Positions 16,730 through 25,528 of a stretch of 64,000 bases of DNA are shown piece by piece. How positions within the stretch are numbered: the first letter of the stretch is position 1; the number at the start of each line of letters is the position of its first letter. A model generated the notes under the pieces. The model saw nothing but the letters and a program-made list of their open reading frames with translations, did not search any database and had not been told where the DNA came from. The translations under genes were made by a program, and so were the position numbers. The stretch is from NCBI RefSeq assembly GCF_049995385.1, contig NZ_CP188261.1:1311724-1375723 (forward strand). Direction: 5' to 3'. Source of the stretch: Solidesulfovibrio sp. DCME (GTDB taxonomy: Bacteria; Desulfobacterota; Desulfovibrionia; Desulfovibrionales; Desulfovibrionaceae).

Positions 16730-17806
16730 TCACTCCACGTGCAGGACCACGGCGAAAGCGTTGAACATGGCCCAGACCTGGCGCCCCTCGGCCAGTTCCA
16801 GTTCCCGGGCGCTCTGGGTGGTAATCAGCGCGCACAGCCGGGTGCCGTCGGACAGCACCACGATGACCTCCGAGGTCAGTTCGCCGATGCGGGTCAGTTC
16901 CACCGTGCCCAGAAACCGGTTGGTGGTGGTGGCCTTGGGCAGCTCCTCGCAGGCTTCGAGCACGACCCAGGGCGCCTTGATCTCGGCCGTGACGAAGCTG
17001 CCTTCGGTCACGCCCAGGTTTTTTAAGCTCTCGTTGGTGATCACCGAGGACACGGCGTGGCCGCCCAGGCTCTCCACCACGACCTGCGTCTGGATGTCGC
17101 CCTTGCGCACCTGGGCCACCCGGCCGAAGAAGGCGTTTCGGGCGCTGGTGCGGCGGGTTTCCCGGGCCAGGACTTGGCGTTCGACCTTGCGGCGCTGTTC
17201 CTCGGGCAGGTGCAGGAAGGCGGCGGTCAAATCGGCCGTGGAATGGCCCAGGATGCGCTGGACCACGGGCAGGGGCACGTCGTCGCGCAGCAGTTCCACG
17301 GCCCGGGAGCGGCGGATGGTGCTCGGGTTGACGAGTTCCTTGGTGAAGCCGCATTCCTCGGCCCGTTCGTAGAACTTGCGGCGCACATGGCCCTGGTCCA
17401 GGCGAAAGAGCAGGCCGCGCAAGGAGGCGTAGGCCGGGTTGGCGAAGACCTCGGCCAGGGCCTCGCCCAGTTCGGCCGGGATCTGCACCTCGCGGCCCTC
17501 GCCCTCGCCGTGGGCGTAGGTGACGGCCAGGGTGTCGAGGTTGATGTCGCGGCGGTCGTCGAGGCCCAGGACCTCGCCCAGGCGGGCGCCGGTGTGGCGC
17601 AGCATCAGGTAGATCAGGCGCACGCGGTTGCGGGAGACGGCCACGTCGGGCCGGCCGGCCCGGTCGGTCCAGGCGGAAAAGGCTTCGGACAGGCGCGTGA
17701 GCTCCAGGGTGTCCAGGAACTTCACGTCGTCGGGAACGGAAAAAATCCGGGCGGCCCTAAACCGCCCACCACCGGCATCGGGGCCGGTGTTTTTCGCATC
17801 AGGCAT
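16730..17806 (-). CDS. TunR-family regulator: XerC/D-like (catalytically degenerate) DNA-binding domain fused to two TOBE/Mop oxyanion-binding domains
   Basis: The N-terminal part resembles the tyrosine-recombinase fold (LMLRHTGARLGEV, RILGHSTADL). The HxxR arginine and a catalytic Tyr are not evident. The C-terminal part holds two TOBE-like units (RNAFFGRV...VTAEIKA and NRFLGTV...VWAMFNA). ATG 17806 has GGGGAG 5 nt upstream. Confidence 0.7.
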   Translation of the reverse strand: MPDAKNTGPDAGGGRFRAARIFSVPDDVKFLDTLELTRLSEAFSAWTDRAGRPDVAVSRNRVRLIYLMLRHTGARLGEVLGLDDRRDINLDTLAVTYAHGEGEGREVQIPAELGEALAEVFANPAYASLRGLLFRLDQGHVRRKFYERAEECGFTKELVNPSTIRRSRAVELLRDDVPLPVVQRILGHSTADLTAAFLHLPEEQRRKVERQVLARETRRTSARNAFFGRVAQVRKGDIQTQVVVESLGGHAVSSVITNESLKNLGVTEGSFVTAEIKAPWVVLEACEELPKATTTNRFLGTVELTRIGELTSEVIVVLSDGTRLCALITTQSARELELAEGRQVWAMFNAFAVVLHVE

Positions 17807-17916
17807 GGGAACTCCCCGTGGTTTGGACATGCGGCAAGTTTCCAACCAGGGCGAGGAAAGTCAAGCCTGGCGCGTCATAATCACGCGCCGCCAGGGCGTG
17901 ACCGGCCGCGGCCGGG

Positions 17917-18297
17917 TCAGGGTTTTTTGGCCACCACTTCCAGCTCCACCAGCACGTCCCGGGGCAGCCGGGCCACCTCGACGCAGGACCGGGCCGGGTA
18001 CGGCTCGTGGAAAAATTCCGCGTACACGGCGTTAATGGTGGCAAAGGCCTCCATGTCCTTGATGAACAGCGTGGATTTGACCACGTCGTCCAGGGTCAGG
18101 CCGGCGGCGGCCAGGATGGCGGCCACGTTTTTGATGCTCTGGCGGGCCTGCTCGGCCACGCCGCCGGGAACCACGGTTCCCGTGGCCGGGTCGATGGGGG
18201 TCTGGCCGGAGACGAACAGCAGGTCCCCGGCCCACACGCCCAGGGAATACGGGCCGATGGCGGCGGAGGCGTTGGCGGCGACGACGGATTTGGCCAT
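17917..18297 (-). CDS. ridA: RidA/YjgF-family reactive-intermediate deaminase
   Basis: 126 aa. AIGPYSLGVWAGDLLFVSGQTPIDPATG and the C-terminal ARSCVEVARLPRDVLVELE match the family signature. Confidence 0.88.
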   Translation of the reverse strand: MAKSVVAANASAAIGPYSLGVWAGDLLFVSGQTPIDPATGTVVPGGVAEQARQSIKNVAAILAAAGLTLDDVVKSTLFIKDMEAFATINAVYAEFFHEPYPARSCVEVARLPRDVLVELEVVAKKP

Positions 18298-18372
18298 GGT
18301 GCGGCTCCTTGGCGTCCGGGCGGACGGTTGTGGGGTATCGGCCCGACAAGGTGCGCTTTCGCGGGTCCGGCG

Positions 18373-18867
18373 TCAATCGGCGGCCGGCACGAAAAAAGGG
18401 GGGCCGCAGCCCCCCCTGGTGCGTCGTGGTCGGCGGTACCGCGCGTAGAACGTGTAGGTCAGGCCGAAGGCGACCTTCCGGGCGTTGTTGCCGTTGTCCT
18501 CGGCTTGTCTGACCAGGCGATGGCCCCGAACGTGTTGCTGGAACTGGCCGTGGGCCCAGCCGGTCTCCATGACCGCGGCCAGGTTCTCGTGGCGCATGTG
18601 CCTGGTGTTGGGGTTGAGGCCCATGACGTACTCGTCGCTGGTCCGGTCATGGCCCATGGTCATGCAGGCGGCGTTCAAAAAGAGTTGCGAGTCGCGCAGG
18701 GCGCGGGGACTGTTGTTGCCTCGCACGTGCACGAAGGCCAGGCGGTTGGTCTGTTTCTCGACGAGCGACACGTCGGCGTGGAACTTGACCGGGTCGAGGG
18801 CGGACACTTCAAACGCGCCGCCGGCCCAGAAGGAGGGGGGGCTGGCTGTTCTTCCAGTAGCCCGCAA
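18373..18867 (-). CDS. hypothetical protein, possibly a truncated outer-membrane beta-barrel remnant
   Basis: GC3-rich coding signal but no signal peptide. ...KVAFGLTYTF resembles an OMP C-terminal strand, yet the ORF continues 24 codons through a terminator hairpin. Confidence 0.35.
   Translation of the reverse strand: MRATGRTASPPSFWAGGAFEVSALDPVKFHADVSLVEKQTNRLAFVHVRGNNSPRALRDSQLFLNAACMTMGHDRTSDEYVMGLNPNTRHMRHENLAAVMETGWAHGQFQQHVRGHRLVRQAEDNGNNARKVAFGLTYTFYARYRRPRRTRGGCGPPFFVPAAD
18392..18416 (-). terminator. rho-independent terminator (minus strand)
   Basis: The minus strand reads GGGGGGC-TGCG-GCCCCCC followed by TTTTTT. It lies inside the last codons of ORF 18373..18867. Confidence 0.7.
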
Positions 18868-18892
18868 CCATCGCCCTAACCGGCGGCCGGCC

Positions 18893-20170
18893 TCAGGCCA
18901 GGGTCTCCACGAAGGCCTCCACCCGCGTCTTGAGCTGGCCGGCGTCCTCCATGCCGTAATCCGTCTCGAGGGCCAGGTAGGGCACCCCGGCCGCCTCCAT
19001 GGCCTTGCCCACCTTGATGGCCTCGTGGGCGTAGGGCTGGCAGAAAAGCAGGCCGTAGTGGATCACGCCGTCGGCCTTAAGCTCCTTGGCCAGGGCGGCG
19101 ATGTGCTCCAGGCGCTCGGTGTTGGGGGTGAAGCAGGCGCAGTCGATCTTCATGTAGCGGGAGGCCAGGGCGTCGAGCATGGCCTCGAGGTCGGCCGGGG
19201 CCTCGTCGGTCAAGTCGCGGGTGTTGCGTTCGCCGATGCAGGATTCCTCGCCCACGATGACCGCGCCCGAGCTCTCGATGAGGTAGGGCAGCTTCCAGTT
19301 GGGCACGGCCATGGGGCAGCCGGCCAGCAGCAGCCGGGGCGTGCCCTTGGGAGCCACGCCTTCCCCCCTGGCGATGCGGGCTTCCATCTCGTCGCACAGC
19401 TCGTTGACCTTGGCCGTGAAGCGGTCCGGGTCGTCGTAGAAGCTGATCTGGTTGACGAGCAGGGCGTCGCGGCCGGAGATGGGGGCCGGGTCGGCGGCGC
19501 GAAGCCTGGCCAGGCGCTGCAAGGCCCGGCGCTTGGCATTGACGCGTTTGGTCGCCGCGGCCAGGGTGTCGGCGGTGATGGCCTGGCCGGTGAGCGCCTC
19601 CAGAGCCTCCTTGTAGCGGACGAGTTCGGACCGAAACAGCGCAACGTCGCAGGGCGCCTTGCACTGGGGCACTTCCATGACGTGCATGGGCACGTGCTCA
19701 CCGAAGGCTTCGTAGGCTTTTTTCTTGCCGTCGCAGGTGGTCTCGCCCACCACCAGGTCGCAGGACTCGGTGTAGGGGCACAGCCTGGCCAGCTTGAAGC
19801 CGATAAACGACTTGATCAGGTCGCAGGTGTTGCGGGGCACGAGCAGTTCGGCCTTGTCCGTGCCGGCCTTGGCCCCGGCGCAAAGCCCCACCTGGACGGC
19901 GCCGGCGGCCAGGGTCAGCTCCTCGGGCACGAACACGCAAAACGTGCCCACGACCTTTTTCCCGGCCGCCTTGGCCTCCTGGATTTCCTTGATGCGCAGC
20001 CCATGGACCTCGGACAGCACGAAGTCCAGGTACTCCGCGCCCTTGAGCCGTCCCTGCTGGGACAGGTAGATGTCGCCGTAGAATTTCCCCAACACCGCGA
20101 GCAAGGCGTCGTGGGCCTCGAGGTCGAGGTCGAGGCGTTCCCACATGGCCGTATGGGCCGCGTCCGTCAT
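18893..20170 (-). CDS. 2-hydroxyacyl-CoA dehydratase/BcrC-BadD-HgdB family protein (double-cubane-cluster reductase-like)
   Basis: 425 aa with many conserved-looking cysteines (FCVFVPEE, NTCDLIKS, LCPYTESCDLVVGETTCDGKKK, LAGCPMA, ESCIGE, FCQPYA). The size fits stand-alone members of this family. Confidence 0.7.
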   Translation of the reverse strand: MTDAAHTAMWERLDLDLEAHDALLAVLGKFYGDIYLSQQGRLKGAEYLDFVLSEVHGLRIKEIQEAKAAGKKVVGTFCVFVPEELTLAAGAVQVGLCAGAKAGTDKAELLVPRNTCDLIKSFIGFKLARLCPYTESCDLVVGETTCDGKKKAYEAFGEHVPMHVMEVPQCKAPCDVALFRSELVRYKEALEALTGQAITADTLAAATKRVNAKRRALQRLARLRAADPAPISGRDALLVNQISFYDDPDRFTAKVNELCDEMEARIARGEGVAPKGTPRLLLAGCPMAVPNWKLPYLIESSGAVIVGEESCIGERNTRDLTDEAPADLEAMLDALASRYMKIDCACFTPNTERLEHIAALAKELKADGVIHYGLLFCQPYAHEAIKVGKAMEAAGVPYLALETDYGMEDAGQLKTRVEAFVETLA

Positions 20171-20381
20171 GGCTTCCTCCGGGGCAAAAAGGTTGGATCA
20201 TCGTCCATACCCGGGGCGCGGCGCGGCGTGAAATCGTTTATTTCAATGATTTAAGCGTGATAATATTGTAATAAACTATCGAGCCGCACGCTAAAGGAAA
20301 TCCGGGAGCGTCCGAAAAGGGCAGCGAGTACGTTGCGGGTGGCCGGAAGCCGCCGCGCAAAGCCGCCAGGGAGGGAGGCGC

Positions 20382-20792
20382 ATGGCCCAGATAGTGCATC
20401 TCGACGAGCATCGACGCTTGCGGGAGCCTGGGCGGGGGATGGCGACAAACCTTTCGCCGCGACGCCCGCGCTTAAGCGATCGAGACTTGTGGACCAGGGA
20501 TTATGGAGAAATCGATAACATCGTCTACGCCATAATGAAAATCAAGGAGATACTCGACTATCACCTCTACTACGACGACGTGTGGCCGTACCTGCTGCTC
20601 TCCTTTCTGGAGGCGGTGCACAACACCGGGCAAGGCGACGGCAAAGGGCTGTCGGGGACCGGGGCGTCGCTCAAGGACTACGTGGTCTCGGCCGTCACGC
20701 CGACCAACAAGCGCGACCTGTCCATGGTCCTGCTGCTGACCGACCTCATCGAGAAGTCCCCCAAGTACCGGGGCAGCTCGTCCTCGCCGTGA
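20382..20792 (+). CDS. hypothetical protein (136 aa), locally lower GC
   Basis: ATG preceded by GGGAGGGAGG. Codons in 20470-20600 are visibly more AT-rich than in neighbouring genes. No recognisable motif. Confidence 0.45.
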   Translation: MAQIVHLDEHRRLREPGRGMATNLSPRRPRLSDRDLWTRDYGEIDNIVYAIMKIKEILDYHLYYDDVWPYLLLSFLEAVHNTGQGDGKGLSGTGASLKDYVVSAVTPTNKRDLSMVLLLTDLIEKSPKYRGSSSSP

Positions 20793-20805
20793 CCAAAGCC
20801 CAAGC

Positions 20806-20834
20806 GGCGGCCGGAAGGGAACCTTCCGGCCGCC
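20806..20834 (+). terminator. 13-bp perfect hairpin after ORF 20382..20792
   Basis: ggcggccggaagg-gaa-ccttccggccgcc. There is no T-run, so its function as a terminator is uncertain. Confidence 0.4.
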
Positions 20835-20977
20835 GGCCAATCCAGGGCCACGGCGGGGGCGGAATCCCGGGAGTGCGTTAGGCACTTTCTTCATCCGTCT
20901 TGCCAACGACGGTTCCGTTTTGCTACTTCCTCGCGGTAGAATCCTCGCCGTCCGGGCCACGCCCGGGAGGAGGCACC

Positions 20978-21598
20978 ATGCCGCGCCCTTCGCTGCTCGC
21001 TTCGGTCCTTGCCGCCGGGCTGTGCCTGCCCCTGCCCCTGGCCGCGCCGGCCTGGGCCCAGTCGCAACAGGCCATGGCCCTGCGCCAGGAGATGGGTTAC
21101 GTGCCCTATACGCCGCCCGCCGCCTTCCTCGACGGCTTTTTCATCGCCGACGAGGCCAAGCCCGCCTTTCTCTTCGGCCCGGTGGCCGACTTCGTGGCCA
21201 AACGGGGCTGCCCCGTCACCTGGCTGGTGGAGGAGGGCGAACGCTCGCGCCTCACGAACCGCGATGCGGCCAATCCCCTGTTCGAATACACCCTGGCCCT
21301 GGAGGAAGACTGCCCGACCGGGGTCACCCACTATGTCTTCGTGGACCAAAGCGCCATGAACCCCAAGCAATGGCTCGAGTGGCGGCGGCAGTTCCACAAA
21401 AACAAGGCCGAGCCGGAATACGCCGACGCCGTGGCGCGCCTGGGCAAGGCCGTGGCCGACGGTTTCCCGGTTTCCGGGGAACTGCGCTTCGTGCTGCGCG
21501 ACGGCAACCTCGAGGCGGCCTCGCCCCAGGCCGTCCTGCCCACGGCCCTGGCCTGCCCGCCGCGCTACGACTGCGACGCCGGCAAGGCGCTTCCCTAA
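20978..21598 (+). CDS. secreted hypothetical protein (first gene of five-gene operon)
   Basis: Track ORF trimmed to ATG 20978 after GGGAGGAGG. Signal peptide MPRPSLLASVLAAGLCLPLPLAAPAWA. Four Cys residues in the mature part. Confidence 0.65.
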   Translation: MPRPSLLASVLAAGLCLPLPLAAPAWAQSQQAMALRQEMGYVPYTPPAAFLDGFFIADEAKPAFLFGPVADFVAKRGCPVTWLVEEGERSRLTNRDAANPLFEYTLALEEDCPTGVTHYVFVDQSAMNPKQWLEWRRQFHKNKAEPEYADAVARLGKAVADGFPVSGELRFVLRDGNLEAASPQAVLPTALACPPRYDCDAGKALP

Positions 21599-21611
21599 TC
21601 CAACGGACGGT

Positions 21612-22640
21612 GTGGTCATGGCCTTGCGTCGTACGGGTCCCGGGCGCGCCGAGCAGGCGGTTGCCACGGCCGTGGTGTTGCTTTTGGCCGCCGCGGCCGT
21701 GTGGCTGGGCCTGCGCCAGTCGCAACTGTCGCCGGCCGTGCTCGTGGCCCTCAGTCCCCCGCCGCCGCCGGCTGCCGTCGGCGCCGCCTCGGGCCGGGCC
21801 TTCGCCACGGCCGCCTTCCTGGACGCACTGGCCGGGGCCACGCCCGCCGGCCCGGTGGAGAGCTACGACCCCGAGACCCTCTCGGACCGCATCGACGGCA
21901 AGGCCGAGCTGTACCTGGCGGCCAATTTCAAGGAAATGTCCGTGCGCCCCTTCAGCCTGCCGGACGGCGCCCGCCTGGACGCCTCCGTCTACGCCCAGGC
22001 CGCGCCCCGGGACGCCTACGCCGTCCTCAGCTCCCAGCGCCGCCCCGGCGCCGAGCCGAATGCCCTGTCCCCGGACGCCTACGCCACCCAAAACGCCCTC
22101 TACTTCACCAAGGGCCCGTACTACGTCGAGCTTTCCGCCGACCGGGCCGACCCGGCCACGCGCCAGGCCCTGGCCGCGGCGGGCCAGGCGCTGTACGACC
22201 GGCTCCCGGCCGGGGACAAACCGGGCGCAAACGCGCCGCCCGATCCCAGGACGCTTTTCCCGGCCGAGGGCCTGGACAGCCAGAGCCTGCGCCTGGCCGC
22301 TGCCGACGCCATGGGCATGGCCGGGTTTTCCAACGTCTACACGGCCGATTACGCCCTGGCCGCCGGCGCGGCCACGGCCTTTCTGGCCGCGCGCGACACG
22401 CCCCGGGCGGCGGCGGCCGAGGCCGGGGCGTTCGCCGATTTCCTGGTTCAAAACGGCTATGCCCGCGAGGCGGCCGACGGCCTGCCCCAGGGCGCCGTCT
22501 TCCTCGGCGCCCCCGGTTCCTTCGAAATCATCTGGACCCGGGGCGGGCTGCTGGTCGGCGTCCACGACGCCACCAGCCGCGAGGCCGCCCTGGAACTGGC
22601 CGGGACACTCGAGGCCCACCTCAAGGACGTGACGCCATGA
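21612..22640 (+). CDS. membrane-anchored hypothetical protein
   Basis: 342 aa with one N-terminal TM segment (AVATAVVLLLAAAAVWLGL) and no recognisable motif. It lies 13 nt after the preceding stop. Confidence 0.6.
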   Translation: MVMALRRTGPGRAEQAVATAVVLLLAAAAVWLGLRQSQLSPAVLVALSPPPPPAAVGAASGRAFATAAFLDALAGATPAGPVESYDPETLSDRIDGKAELYLAANFKEMSVRPFSLPDGARLDASVYAQAAPRDAYAVLSSQRRPGAEPNALSPDAYATQNALYFTKGPYYVELSADRADPATRQALAAAGQALYDRLPAGDKPGANAPPDPRTLFPAEGLDSQSLRLAAADAMGMAGFSNVYTADYALAAGAATAFLAARDTPRAAAAEAGAFADFLVQNGYAREAADGLPQGAVFLGAPGSFEIIWTRGGLLVGVHDATSREAALELAGTLEAHLKDVTP

Positions 22641-23677
22641 AAGAGCGCGCGGACAGGGCCGCCCGGACGGCCCAGGGCGCCGGGCCGCTTTCGCGCCGGG
22701 ATTTTTTGCGGCGCCTGGCCGGGGCCGGCGCGGCCGCCGTGGCCGTGACCGGCCTCGGGCTGTCGTTTCGCGACCCGGCCGGGCCGGCGGCCGTGGAACA
22801 GACCCGGATCCTTTCCACGCTGGGCGATTTCGCCGCGCCCGCGCCCCAGGCCGGCAAACCGCGCCTGGCCGCGGTCCACGGCACGGACCGGGCGGCCATG
22901 TTCGCCGCCGGTGTTGCGGCCCTCGGCGGCATGGCGGCCTTTGTCGCCAAGGGCGACACGGTGCTCGTCAAGGTCAATGCCGTCATCGCCTCGCCGGCCA
23001 TCCTCGGCGCCACGACCAACCCCGAACTGCTGGCCGCCGTGGCTGCCGCCTGCCGCCAGGCCGGGGCGGCCCGGGTGCTGGTCACGGACAACCCCATCAA
23101 CAACCCGGAGAGCTGCTTCGAGGTCACGGGCCTGGCCGACGCCGCCAAGGCGGCCGCAGCCAAAATCATCGTGCCGCGCCCAGCCCTTTTCACGCCGCTG
23201 ACCCTGCCGGGCGGGCGGCTCATTCGCGACTGGCCCGTGCTGGCCGGGGCCTTCGAGGGCGTGACCAAGGTCATTTCCCTGGCCGTGGTCAAGGACCACG
23301 CCCGGGCCGGGGCGTCCATGACGCTCAAGAACTTCTATGGGCTGCTCGGCGGGCGGCGCAACATCTTCCACCAGGATATAAACGGCATCATCGCCGAACT
23401 GGGGGGACTGCTGCGCCCGACCCTGTGCGTGCTCGACGGCACGCAGGTCATGATGACCAACGGCCCGACCGGCGGCTCGCTGTCCGACCTGCGCGCCGCC
23501 GGGGTCATGTACCTCTCGGGGGACCCGGTGGCCACGGACGTGCTCGGGGCGGTGCTGCTTGGCCGCAGCCCGGCCGACCTGCCCTACCTGGGCCTGGCCG
23601 CGGCCGCCGGCGTCGGCACGGCCGACGTGGCAAGCCTTTATCCCGTCACCGTCCACACCGAACCGGCGGCGGGGTAG
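22637..23677 (+). CDS. Tat-signal DUF362-domain protein
   Basis: ATG 22637 overlaps the previous stop (ATGA). Twin-arginine leader LSRRDFLRRLAGAGAAAVAVTG. The body (VLVKVN...NPELL..., LDGTQVMMTNGPTGG) fits the DUF362 pattern. Confidence 0.7.
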   Translation: MKERADRAARTAQGAGPLSRRDFLRRLAGAGAAAVAVTGLGLSFRDPAGPAAVEQTRILSTLGDFAAPAPQAGKPRLAAVHGTDRAAMFAAGVAALGGMAAFVAKGDTVLVKVNAVIASPAILGATTNPELLAAVAAACRQAGAARVLVTDNPINNPESCFEVTGLADAAKAAAAKIIVPRPALFTPLTLPGGRLIRDWPVLAGAFEGVTKVISLAVVKDHARAGASMTLKNFYGLLGGRRNIFHQDINGIIAELGGLLRPTLCVLDGTQVMMTNGPTGGSLSDLRAAGVMYLSGDPVATDVLGAVLLGRSPADLPYLGLAAAAGVGTADVASLYPVTVHTEPAAG

Positions 23678-23681
23678 GGGT

Positions 23682-25412
23682 ATGCGCATCGTCACAGCCA
23701 GGCGCCTGAGCCAGGCCTTCTTCCTGCTGGTTTTCCTCTGGTTTTGCGTCGTGGCCACGGTGGGCGACGCCTTGTGGCAGCTGCGCGGCTGGCCCATCAA
23801 CTGGCTCCTCTCCCTGGACCCCCTGACGGCCGTGGCGACGTTTTTATCCACGGGCACGCTCTACGCGGCGCTTGGCTGGGGCCTGGCCGTACTCGTCCTG
23901 ACCTTTTTCATCGGCCGGTTTTTCTGCGGCTTCGTCTGCCCGTTGGGAACGCTCAACCAGTTGACGGGGTATCTCTCCCGGCGCCGGGTCACGACCGAAG
24001 CCCGGGTGGCGGGCAACGCCCCCAGCCGCTTCCAGGGGATCAAATACGTGCTGCTGGCCTTTTTCCTGGCCGCCGCCGCCCTGGGCAGCCTGCAAACCGG
24101 GCTGCTCGACCCGCTGCCGCTGGTATTTCGCAGCGTCAACCTGGCCGTGCTGCCCCTGGTCGACCCGGGCCGCTTCGGCATCCACGGCGAAGGCCGCTTT
24201 TATGACGGCGCCTGGGTGCTGGGGCTTATTTTCCTGGCCATCCTGGCCGGCAACCTCTGGCGGCCCCGGTTTTTCTGCCGTTTCCTGTGCCCGGCCGGGG
24301 CGCTGATGGGCCTGTCGAGCCGGCTGGTGCCCTGGCGCATCGGCAAGGCCGACGCGAAAGCCTGCGGCACCTGCCGGCGCTGCGAGGCCTACTGCGAGGG
24401 CGGCTGCCGGCCGTCCGGGGAACTGACGGTTGGCGAGTGCGTGCTGTGCCTCAACTGCCTGGACGTCTGCCCCACGGGCCGCATCGGCTTCGCCACCCGG
24501 CCTTCGGCCTGTGGCGAGCGGGCCTTGCCGGACTTTTCCCGGCGCGGGGCCGTCTTTGCCCTGGCCGCCGGGGCGGTGGCCGCGCCGCTGTGGCGGGTGA
24601 GCGGGGCCAGCGCCCTGGGGCGCGACCCGGCGCTCATCCGGCCGCCGGGCTCGCTGGACGAGGCGCGGTTTCTTTCCCGCTGCATCCGTTGCGGCCAGTG
24701 CATGCGGGTGTGCCCGTCGGCGGTCATCCAGCCGGCCGTGACCGTCGCCGGCGCGGCCGGGCTGTGGACGCCGACCCTCAATTACCGCCTGGGCCGGGCC
24801 GGCTGCCTGCAAAACTGCATCGCCTGCGGCCAGGTCTGCCCCACGGCGGCCATCCGGCCCTTTTCCCTGGAGGAAAAGCTCGGGCGCGGCGATTTCGCCG
24901 CCGTCGGCCCCCTGCGCCTGGGCACGGCCTTCGTCGATCGCACCCGCTGCCTGCCCTGGGCCATGGGCCGGCCCTGCATCGTCTGCCAGGAGGTCTGCCC
25001 GGTCAGCCCCAAGGCCATCGGCGTGGGCACGGTCTTCGAGCCGGTGGCCGGCGGCGCCGTATCCGTCACCGATGCCCGGGGGGCGGCGTTGACCCTGGCC
25101 GGTGCACCGGCAACCGGCCGCAACCTGGGCAGCGGCGACTATTTCCTGCGTCCGCTCGGGCTGCCCGACACGGCCGCCGTGCGGATCGTCTCCCTGGCCG
25201 GGGCGGTGCTTACCCTGGAAAAGCCCTTGCCGGACCTGGGCCAGGGGCGAAAGGCCGAGGTCGTGGTGCGCCTGCAACAGCCCCACATCGATCCGGCGCG
25301 CTGCGTCGGCTGCGGCATGTGCGAGCACGAATGCCCGGTGTCCGGGCTGCGGGCCATCCGCGTGACCAGCGAGAACGAGTCGCGTTCGGGCCCGGGCCGG
25401 ATGCTGGCCTGA
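23682..25412 (+). CDS. NapH/MauN-like membrane polyferredoxin (multi-[4Fe-4S])
   Basis: Track ORF trimmed to ATG 23682, 4 nt after the previous stop. The N-terminal multi-TM domain carries CGFVCPLGT and CRFLCPAGA. Further motifs: CGTCRRCEAYC, CVLCLNCLDVCP, CIRCGQCMRVCP, CIACGQVCP, CIVCQEVCP, CVGCGMCEHECP. Confidence 0.8.
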   Translation: MRIVTARRLSQAFFLLVFLWFCVVATVGDALWQLRGWPINWLLSLDPLTAVATFLSTGTLYAALGWGLAVLVLTFFIGRFFCGFVCPLGTLNQLTGYLSRRRVTTEARVAGNAPSRFQGIKYVLLAFFLAAAALGSLQTGLLDPLPLVFRSVNLAVLPLVDPGRFGIHGEGRFYDGAWVLGLIFLAILAGNLWRPRFFCRFLCPAGALMGLSSRLVPWRIGKADAKACGTCRRCEAYCEGGCRPSGELTVGECVLCLNCLDVCPTGRIGFATRPSACGERALPDFSRRGAVFALAAGAVAAPLWRVSGASALGRDPALIRPPGSLDEARFLSRCIRCGQCMRVCPSAVIQPAVTVAGAAGLWTPTLNYRLGRAGCLQNCIACGQVCPTAAIRPFSLEEKLGRGDFAAVGPLRLGTAFVDRTRCLPWAMGRPCIVCQEVCPVSPKAIGVGTVFEPVAGGAVSVTDARGAALTLAGAPATGRNLGSGDYFLRPLGLPDTAAVRIVSLAGAVLTLEKPLPDLGQGRKAEVVVRLQQPHIDPARCVGCGMCEHECPVSGLRAIRVTSENESRSGPGRMLA

Positions 25413-25528
25413 GGTATTTTCCCCGCGACGCCGCAGGCCTGGCGGGGGTGGAAGCGGGATGTGTTGTCCGCGGCGCAAAGGCGGAGGCTTCGACCGCGCC
25501 GGAACCCCGGCGCCCAAGGAGGACGGCG

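Noticed and set aside
16730-17806. A phage-integrase-like domain considered as an integrase marking a mobile element or genomic island.
   Set aside because: The domain is fused to TOBE domains and appears to lack the catalytic Arg and Tyr. No tRNA, att-like repeats or other mobile genes flank it. The architecture matches the TunR regulator family instead.
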